Origin: Nitrospira sp.
Lineage (GTDB): Bacteria > Nitrospirota > Nitrospiria > Nitrospirales > Nitrospiraceae
Assembly: GCA_035455145.1 (NCBI GenBank)
Contig: DATIFR010000134.1
Location: 16,845 to 80,844 of the forward strand
Direction of reading: 5' to 3'
Length of the DNA: 64,000 nt
The translations under genes were made by a program, and so were the position numbers. Positions within the stretch are counted from its first letter, which is position 1; each line of letters starts with the position of its first letter. Positions 57,741 to 64,000 of this stretch are shown here, one piece after another. The notes beneath the pieces were generated by a model. That model was not told the origin of the DNA, did no database searches, and worked only from the letters and a program-made list of their open reading frames with translations.

Positions 57741-58110
57741 GGGAGGGTGGCCTGATCGGTCCCTGTGCTCGCGGAACGCGACACACGGGAACAAACAGAT
57801 TGATAAATTATTGGCGGTGTTCGTTCGACGCGCGCACGATGGGACCGATTCAGGCCACTTTGAAGCCCGTCTCCGCATGAGGGGGAGAGATAACGAGCAA
57901 GCTTGGAAGGACCATTTTATAGTGGATCAATTCCGCTGCGGGTGCTTGGTGAAAACCGCGTCCCGGCGCGGGTGGGCTGGGTGGGTGAGAAAGCCGCCCG
58001 AGTCGGCGCCACCCGCTAAGAGAGAGTCAACCCTTGCCCAGGGGGAGGAGCGGAACGAGCAAGCTTGGAGGGATCATCAAAAGTTCGACGCGCGCACGTT
58101 TGAGGCCAAT
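57741..58110 (+). repeat. Stacked repeat cluster: X plus tail, Z plus tail, X 3' fragment
   Basis: X stem GTGGCCTGA-TCGGTCCC / GGGACCGA-T-TCAGGCCAC; tails at 57893 and 58055. Confidence 0.88.
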
Positions 58111-58346
58111 CGGGCCACCCCACGCCATGGAGGAGATGCTCTAGTGAACGAAGTTGGATTCCCGGTGAGCGCTATCCGTGAAGAAAGTCACAACACCCGT
58201 ATCCGATAACTGGCGACATTGAAATGCACGTATTTCCTCACTCCCCCAAGCTATCTCTCTTGCGCGATCTCTCTCGTGCTCTTACAATTCGCTCCGTGAT
58301 ACTAAAAAATCTTCTTCAGCCCGGATCGGTGTTAGGTTTCGGGGCA

Positions 58347-59645
58347 GTGAAACTTCGCATCAGCGTATGGGTGCTGTGCCTGCTCGTGGTGATCGGAGGA
58401 TGCCAGATTCTGCCAGGCCACTGGCGGCCAGGGTGGAATCAACGATTGCCCGCCGGCGCGCCCGTGCCTGACACAGCCGGCTCGTGGAAATTGACCGAAC
58501 TCGAACAGAAGGATGGTAGATTTGTCGCCCTCGCCATCTCAGGCGGCGGGAGTCGAGCGGCCAACTTCGGTGCCGCCGTCATGCTGGAACTCCAACAGCG
58601 GGGTCTGTTGGAACAAGTCGATGTGATTTCAGGCGTGTCCGGTGGGACACTTCCGGCCGTGTACTATGGACTCGGGGACAAGGCCGGTGCGTTTACGGAG
58701 CCGGCGGTGCGCCAGGCGTTGGGCTACGATTTTCAGAGCAGTTGGATTCGCCGGTGGTTTCTCCCTCAGAACATCTTTCGCTATTGGCTCTCCGACTTCA
58801 CCCGTTCGGATATTATGGTGCAGGTCTTCAACAACCGTCTTTACCACAAGGCTACCTTTGCAGAGCTTCGGTTGCATCCCAAAATTCTATTGAATTCCAC
58901 CGTCCATAACGACCATACCCGCTTCACCTTCACGGACGAACGTTTCGCAGCGCTCCATTCTGTGCTCGCCAGGTATCACGTGGCCAACGCGGTGAATGCG
59001 TCGTCCGCCTTTCCCGGTGCTTTCCAGGACGTGACCCTGCAAGGGTACGTGGAACCGCCGCTGTACCTTCATCTCTACGACGGCGGTCCCATCGATAATC
59101 TTGGCGTCCAGGCCATCCTCGAATACGTGAATCGGAACATCTTGGGCACCTCGCTCGATCGTCTGTTTCCGAACGGCTGTCTGATTATCGTCGTGGATGC
59201 CACGCCTGCGAGTGAGCATCCTGAACTTAGCACGCATGAGTCTAGTCGCAAATTCATCGACTATTTCGTTGACGACAATGCCCTGGACGCGATGGATGCG
59301 ATGTTGATGGAATCTCGCAGAACCCTCTTGGCGAGGATGGGCATTTCGGTCGAGAAGCAGGACCAGGATATGCGGGGTCGGCTCCCGGTGAATGATCCCG
59401 GTCAATGCGGCTGCGAAGTACGCCATGTCGCACTTCGCCATCTGATGTATGCGGGGAACTCAGGTGATACGGGATTGGCCGAGCGCGTGACGCAGATCAA
59501 AACGAAGTTTTGGGTTTCCGAGGAGGAACAGAACGATCTCTTTCAATCCGCCAAGATCATCATGAAGCTGCTAGACGATCAAAAACTCCTGTCGGACCCC
59601 TCATTTAAGGTTCCATGCACAGTTGTCCCACCGTCCAAGCAGTGA
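58347..59645 (+). CDS. Patatin-like phospholipase, probable lipoprotein
   Basis: Lipobox-like VIGGC; SGGGSRAA, GVSGG (catalytic Ser), YDGG. Confidence 0.88.
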   Translation: MKLRISVWVLCLLVVIGGCQILPGHWRPGWNQRLPAGAPVPDTAGSWKLTELEQKDGRFVALAISGGGSRAANFGAAVMLELQQRGLLEQVDVISGVSGGTLPAVYYGLGDKAGAFTEPAVRQALGYDFQSSWIRRWFLPQNIFRYWLSDFTRSDIMVQVFNNRLYHKATFAELRLHPKILLNSTVHNDHTRFTFTDERFAALHSVLARYHVANAVNASSAFPGAFQDVTLQGYVEPPLYLHLYDGGPIDNLGVQAILEYVNRNILGTSLDRLFPNGCLIIVVDATPASEHPELSTHESSRKFIDYFVDDNALDAMDAMLMESRRTLLARMGISVEKQDQDMRGRLPVNDPGQCGCEVRHVALRHLMYAGNSGDTGLAERVTQIKTKFWVSEEEQNDLFQSAKIIMKLLDDQKLLSDPSFKVPCTVVPPSKQ

Positions 59646-59708
59646 GGGCGGGTCCCATCGCCAACGCCGCTCATTCATCCTTGTCCACGCATCCCCAATG
59701 GGTCCCTT

Positions 59709-60113
59709 TCACTCGAGGAAATCTACTCCATTATGATCGGTCAGGGGAAAGTTTTGCTCGCAGATTTGTCTCAGTTGGCTCGCATCGACCGGCTTCAAGA
59801 TGTATTGCCTGGCTCCCAGGCTTAGCGCCTCTTCACGTATCACGCGATCTTGCTCAGCGGTCATCATCACGATCGGCACATGCGGATGCTGAACCCGTAG
59901 CTCCCTGAGCACTTCAATGCCGTCCATGATGGGCATTTGCAGGTCCAGCAGCACACCTCTGATCGGAGACTGCTTCGCCTCAAGGGCCATGAGCGCCAAC
60001 CCTGTCCTTCCGTCGTGAGCCACGATGACGGTATAGCCCATGGCCTCAAGACGATCTTTTAAGGCTTCACAGATCATGGGATTGTCATCGATGATCAGAA
60101 GCCGTCGTCCCAT
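59709..60113 (-). CDS. Single-domain response regulator
   Basis: IIDDN, LLDLQMP, MMTA, KP. Confidence 0.88.
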   Translation of the reverse strand: MGRRLLIIDDNPMICEALKDRLEAMGYTVIVAHDGRTGLALMALEAKQSPIRGVLLDLQMPIMDGIEVLRELRVQHPHVPIVMMTAEQDRVIREEALSLGARQYILKPVDASQLRQICEQNFPLTDHNGVDFLE

Positions 60114-60369
60114 ATGACGCTGTCTCCAGAACCGGAGCCGGATTCGCCGCCTCCAGGGTATATGTGAAACCCTCTCGCCAAAGAATGATCTCCCCGGTGC
60201 GACTCAGCACGTCCATGGCAAGAAAGAGCTGACTCCAACTGAGGTCCGGCATCTGTTGCACAATTTCCTCAACCGTCAATTTTCCTGATGCACGAAGGAG
60301 ATCCATGATCGCGGATTCCCGTTGTGCATACTCGACGTGGTGATTCCCGGGGCGGGCCTCGCTCGGCAT
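60085..60369 (-). CDS. Small hypothetical protein, winged-helix-like
   Basis: AAAGGAGG RBS; MPDLSWSQLFLAMDVLSRTGEI parallels the 47685 protein. Confidence 0.7.
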   Translation of the reverse strand: MPSEARPGNHHVEYAQRESAIMDLLRASGKLTVEEIVQQMPDLSWSQLFLAMDVLSRTGEIILWREGFTYTLEAANPAPVLETASYGTTASDHR

Positions 60370-60416
60370 GGGATCCTCCTTTCTTCTCTCAGACGCTCGG
60401 ATCGGAGGTGAAACGG

Positions 60417-60665
60417 TTATCGATCAACGTGCGCGCTCACGGTCTGCGTCCTGTAGCTGCGGCGATTCGCCAGGATGACGGGATCGATGATCCCGCCACA
60501 TTGCACGCAACTCCATGCGTGGGCTGTTTGTGTCCCTGTAATCCTGCCCCATTCTCCATACCTGACCGGAATGAGGAACCCCTGACAGCGCGGGCAGTGA
60601 GCAGGCCGCACAGCCGGTTCACTCTCCGTCGGTGGCATTGAGGCCGGCTGTTCGTTCAGCACCAT
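60417..60665 (-). CDS. Small zinc-ribbon protein
   Basis: CPRCQG...WSCVQCG..DPVILANR. Confidence 0.75.
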   Translation of the reverse strand: MVLNEQPASMPPTESEPAVRPAHCPRCQGFLIPVRYGEWGRITGTQTAHAWSCVQCGGIIDPVILANRRSYRTQTVSAHVDR

Positions 60666-60668
60666 CGT

Positions 60669-61097
60669 TCACCTGGTTGGTTCCGGGGCCGAGATCATCC
60701 TGTCGCCCCGCGCGAGCGGAACCAGGACGACGAGCGTGCCCCGCATGACGGGATGCAACTCGCAGTGATAGCCGTAGCGACCAGGCGGCAGGGGGGCGAT
60801 GAGGAAACTGCTATCCGGCGGGACCGCGATGGATTGAAAAGCGCAGTGGTCATCCGTCAGACATCCATCGTGGCGGACGCTATGAGGAGATCCCGTTGCA
60901 TTGTTCCACCGAACAGGAGTGCCTGCCGACACGACCGCAACCTGAGGGTGGTAGTAGGGTGACGTCGTTTCGAACGCGATCTCGACGGGATCGGGTGAGG
61001 CAAAGGCAGCTACTGCGCTGCCGGTCAAAAGCATGCACGAACAGAGCAGAACGAAGACAACCGGGAATCGATTGTTGGATGGATTGGATTGGCTCAT
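60669..61097 (-). CDS. Exported cupredoxin (plastocyanin/azurin-like, type 1 Cu)
   Basis: Signal peptide; PHSV and YHCELHPVMRG supply the His/Cys/His/Met ligands. Confidence 0.88.
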   Translation of the reverse strand: MSQSNPSNNRFPVVFVLLCSCMLLTGSAVAAFASPDPVEIAFETTSPYYHPQVAVVSAGTPVRWNNATGSPHSVRHDGCLTDDHCAFQSIAVPPDSSFLIAPLPPGRYGYHCELHPVMRGTLVVLVPLARGDRMISAPEPTR

Positions 61098-61195
61098 GGT
61101 GCCGCTCCTTTCCGCGAGAGGGCCGTCTCGATCTATCGCGCCGACAGCATACAGCCAGAGGGAATAAGGACTCGATATGGAGATGGGTGGAATCG

Positions 61196-61212
61196 CATAA
61201 AGAATGTATAAA
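61196..61212 (-). promoter_or_regulatory. KdpE-type binding site upstream of the cupredoxin gene
   Basis: Minus strand reads TTTATA-CATTC-TTTATG, matching the TTTATA-N5-TTTACA layout of the E. coli KdpE site; candidate -10 TATGCT at 61151-61146. Confidence 0.6.
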
Positions 61213-61278
61213 GATCAGCCGCGGGGGGGCACACGAATTGGAGAGAGAAGGGATGGGGAATTGGATGCGGAACGGCGC

Positions 61279-61989
61279 CTAGGCAGCCGATGGGGCATTG
61301 CCTTCCAGACTGAAGCGATACCCGACACCGGAATCGGTCAGGATGAACCTTGGGCGAGTGGGATCCTTTTCGAGTTTTTTCCTCAGTTGCCCGATGAACA
61401 CCCGCAGATACTGGGCCTGGTCCACATAGGCCTGTCCCCAAACCTCCTGCAGCAGCATGCGATGCGTGAGCACTTTTCCGGCATGTTCGATCATGTATTT
61501 GAGCAGGTCATACTCAGTCGGCGTCAGTTTGACCGGCTTCTGATCCAGCGTGACCTCGCGCCGGTCAAAATTCACGCAGAGGCCGCCCGCGATGAACACC
61601 GGTTGCGAACTATGAGCACCGGCGGCTCTCCGCAACAAGGAGCGGATGCGGGCCAGCAATTCATCCATGCCGAAGGGTTTTGTCATGTAATCGTCCGCTC
61701 CGAGTTCGAGGGCTTCGACTTTGCGGGCCTCCTCGCCCATCGCCGAGAGCACGATGATCGGCACCGTGGAGGATTCGCGAATCCGGCGCACCACTTCCAC
61801 TCCGTCTATCCCCGGCATGATAAGATCCAGGACAACCACGTCGGGACGCCGGTTGAGAAAGGAACGGAGCGCGCCTTCCCCGGTCTCCACCGTCTCGACT
61901 GCATAGCCGCTTTGCTCGAGATTCACCTGAAGCGACCGCCGGATCTGGGGTTCATCGTCCACGACGAGAATGCGCGCGCCCTGTGTCAC
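61279..61989 (-). CDS. OmpR-family response regulator, KdpE-like
   Basis: DDEPQIRR, LGADDYMTKPFG, LTPTEY, YLRVFIGQLRKKLEKDPTRPRFI. Confidence 0.92.
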   Translation of the reverse strand: MTQGARILVVDDEPQIRRSLQVNLEQSGYAVETVETGEGALRSFLNRRPDVVVLDLIMPGIDGVEVVRRIRESSTVPIIVLSAMGEEARKVEALELGADDYMTKPFGMDELLARIRSLLRRAAGAHSSQPVFIAGGLCVNFDRREVTLDQKPVKLTPTEYDLLKYMIEHAGKVLTHRMLLQEVWGQAYVDQAQYLRVFIGQLRKKLEKDPTRPRFILTDSGVGYRFSLEGNAPSAA

Positions 61990-63413
61990 GACGCCCCCTG
62001 CACAGTGGCGGGTTCGGATGCACTCCGGTCACTGGCGAGTAACGAGGCGGCCAGCGGAATCTGAAACAGGATCGTGGTCTCGTGACCGGGAACCGACTCA
62101 GCGAAGATGGAACCGCCATGGGCCTCGACGATGCCCTTGCAGATCGCCAACCCGAGACCGGTGCCGGGGCTGCCGGACGACCCGCCAGATTGCACGCGAT
62201 AGAATCGCTCGAAGATCCGGTCCAGCTCGCCGGGAGGCACTCCTTCGCCGGTATTGGAGATGCGTACTTCGAGGAAGTTTTCTGCGAGCGCCGCGGTGAG
62301 CCGGATCGGGGATTCTGGTGGCGAAAACTTGATGGCGTTGTCGAGAAGATTTACGAGCACCTGTTGGATTTGCACCCCGTCGACAGAGACCGGCGGAAGA
62401 TCCGGATCCACCAGCACGTAAAGAGGCCGGCCGGCCAGCAACGGCTCGACCCGTCGGATCGCCCCTTCCACCAGTTCATCGACGATCTGCCACTCCAGGT
62501 GAGGCGTCAGCGTCCCGGCCTCGAGGCGTGACATGTCCAGCAGATTGCCGACCAGACCGTTCAAATAATCCAGTTCCCGTTCAATGCCTGTAAGAAATTC
62601 GTGGCGTACGGCTGGCGGCAGCGACGCGCCGTTGCGGCGAAGGCTGAACAGCATCGTTTTGATCGTGGTCAACGGCGTGCGGAGTTCATGAGAGACGGAA
62701 GACAACAACGAGGACTTGATCGCGTCACGCTGATGCAGAGCCTGGACGGTCATCGCCTGGCTCTGTTTCAACGCCTGCTCCGCCCGCAGAAACCGCCAGG
62801 TGCCCAACGTCGCCACCGCCACCACCATGAGCACCACCACAACTTCCCAGCCAATGAGCGTCTGGACGTTCTGTTCCGAATGTTGGGTCAAGAGCGTCAC
62901 GGCGTCATTCGCAATGGTCAGGAGTGCAGCATGGTCCCTGAGCAGTGCATCCCTCGCAACGCCGTTCTGGGTACCGGTCTGTGCAGTCTGGAGGAACGCA
63001 TCGGCGTTGGTAAACAATGCCTCCATGAGGGTCCACTGTTCGAGCAGTTTCACTCGAATCTCGTCGGTTGGAGCGGCGGGAACCACCGCAGTTCCACTAC
63101 GACCCACCTGGACAACAGTCGTGCCCCCGTGGATCAACGCCTGCACCCGCTCTTTCAGCGCGGCGCGAGTGACCTTGTACTGCGCATCCACACCCTGGGA
63201 GGCCAGCAGCACCTCTTTTATATGACGCTCCAGCAACATGCGTTGTCGGCCCGCCAGGTCAATGACGAGGGCATCGGACTCGCGGCTGTGAATGATGGTC
63301 AGGGTGAGTGGAACGATGGCGAGTGCAGTGATGATCAGGAGGCCGATGATGCCCACGACGGTCCAGTTGACATCGTGCGACTTCACAGCAGGTGGAGACG
63401 CGGCGGCAGCCAT
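61986..63413 (-). CDS. Sensor histidine kinase: NarX/PilJ-like periplasmic domain plus a KdpD-like kinase core
   Basis: TM-IDLAGRQRML (P-box-like)-TM; SVSHELRTPL, QVLVNLLDNAIKFSP, GTGLGLAICKGIVEAHGG. Confidence 0.88.
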   Translation of the reverse strand: MAAAASPPAVKSHDVNWTVVGIIGLLIITALAIVPLTLTIIHSRESDALVIDLAGRQRMLLERHIKEVLLASQGVDAQYKVTRAALKERVQALIHGGTTVVQVGRSGTAVVPAAPTDEIRVKLLEQWTLMEALFTNADAFLQTAQTGTQNGVARDALLRDHAALLTIANDAVTLLTQHSEQNVQTLIGWEVVVVLMVVAVATLGTWRFLRAEQALKQSQAMTVQALHQRDAIKSSLLSSVSHELRTPLTTIKTMLFSLRRNGASLPPAVRHEFLTGIERELDYLNGLVGNLLDMSRLEAGTLTPHLEWQIVDELVEGAIRRVEPLLAGRPLYVLVDPDLPPVSVDGVQIQQVLVNLLDNAIKFSPPESPIRLTAALAENFLEVRISNTGEGVPPGELDRIFERFYRVQSGGSSGSPGTGLGLAICKGIVEAHGGSIFAESVPGHETTILFQIPLAASLLASDRSASEPATVQGAS

Positions 63414-63542
63414 AGCGACCTCCAGTCGTCCCCATCATATCAATGAGACGATGGGAAACTCCAGGAGGGAGAATAAAAGGCTGGCGGCAATTGCTCCTGT
63501 AAGAACGGTGAGGGAAAAGAGGGAGAGGATTCGCTCGAACGT

Positions 63543-64000
63543 CTAGCGGCCCCCATGTCCGCCACCGCCACGACCACCGCCACCGCGACCGCCTCCACCG
63601 GAATGACCTCCTCCACGCCCGCCAAAATGTTGGGGACTCGTGGACGGGCTTTGGCGTGGTACCGAGAAGGGCGCGCGAAGCACAGGAGGATTCGGTTGGG
63701 CGACATGGGGTGGATGGACCTGTTGCAGTGTGGGTGGCAGAGGGCGTGAGAACTGTTGCGGCGGCGCCGGCGTCCGTAAGGCATTGGCACCGGTTCCGGC
63801 ATTGGCCGATCCCGGCAACAGAGTCTGTGGAGGTGCTGGTGCCGGCGTCCGTAATGCATTGGCACTCGTCGCGGCATTTGCCGATCCCGGGAGCAGAGTC
63901 TGCGGTGGCGGTGCAGTGACGCGCCCAGAGGCTGGCGGCGAGACCAGCAAAGAAGAATGCGGCGATGCCTGCACGGAAACTCCCGGCGATGAGGGTGGCA
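63543..64000 (-). CDS. C-terminal end of a Pro/Gly-rich protein, 5' part beyond the window
   Basis: Frame stays open to base 64000; 2 x 25-aa repeat and a GGR/RGG-rich tail. Confidence 0.55.
   Translation of the reverse strand, partial: PPSSPGVSVQASPHSSLLVSPPASGRVTAPPPQTLLPGSANAATSANALRTPAPAPPQTLLPGSANAGTGANALRTPAPPQQFSRPLPPTLQQVHPPHVAQPNPPVLRAPFSVPRQSPSTSPQHFGGRGGGHSGGGGRGGGGRGGGGHGGR

Noticed and set aside
35926-58077. The 23-nt motif as a CRISPR repeat
   Set aside because: Copies are degenerate and irregularly spaced (79-170 bp within clusters, kilobases between them). The intervening sequences are themselves repeated structured modules, and there are no cas genes.
35770-58110. Repeats as integron attC sites
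   Set aside because: No RYYYAAC/GTTRRRY core sites at the ends, no integrase, and neighbouring genes lie in both orientations.
61279-63413. Annotation as a true KdpD/KdpE potassium-sensing system
   Set aside because: The kinase lacks the KdpD N-terminal, USP and 4-TM/GAF input domains, and no kdpFABC genes are adjacent.
1-64000. tRNA, rRNA, transposase, integrase or prophage genes
   Set aside because: I found no cloverleaf or rRNA signatures and no DDE, HUH, tyrosine/serine recombinase or phage structural motifs in any ORF. This was by eye, not by tRNAscan or HMM.

Overview
This is 64 kb of a moderately GC-rich bacterial chromosome. Gene content and protein families point to Nitrospira (Nitrospirota); this is an inference, not a database result. 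From left to right: (1) the end of a cobamide salvage cluster (cbiB, cobD, cbiZ, cobQ); (2) a Pil-Chp/TFP-type chemosensory cluster of about 13 kb with a heme-c DUF3365-like protein, a PilH-like regulator, three CheW proteins, an MCP, a 3xHpt CheA-REC, a REC/31-residue-repeat coiled-coil protein, a His-less Hpt-like protein and an HD-GYP protein carrying the same His-less module; (3) an intergenic cluster of DnaA-box-like sites; (4) lptF-lptG-fabF-acp-lpxD on the minus strand; (5) a cold-shock protein, a large TPR protein, a 2-hydroxyacid dehydrogenase, a GlcD/GlcF-type fusion with a tiny diheme cytochrome c, a MoaD-like protein and hrpB; (6) a patchwork from about 35 to 58 kb (zwf, ppa, deaD, FNR-like reductase, methyltransferase, HAS/NodC-like GT2, Tat-signal aldo/keto reductase, AEC transporter, pdhABC, Tet-like MFS, SLT, TPR, patatin); (7) a sensor kinase with a NarX-like P-box and a KdpD-like core, plus a KdpE-like regulator with a KdpE-type box upstream of a cupredoxin gene. 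I saw no rRNA, tRNA, CRISPR array, transposase or integrase. The most striking unexplained signal is non-coding. Thirteen copies (plus one degenerate copy) of a 23-nt motif (ACGAGCRAGCTTGGARGGANCAT) all lie on the + strand between 35.9 and 58.1 kb. Most terminate one of three unrelated, strongly covarying structured modules (called X, Y and Z here), which occur full-length, as 3' fragments, stacked or nested. This looks like a family of non-autonomous mobile structured RNA or ssDNA elements that share a 3' end.
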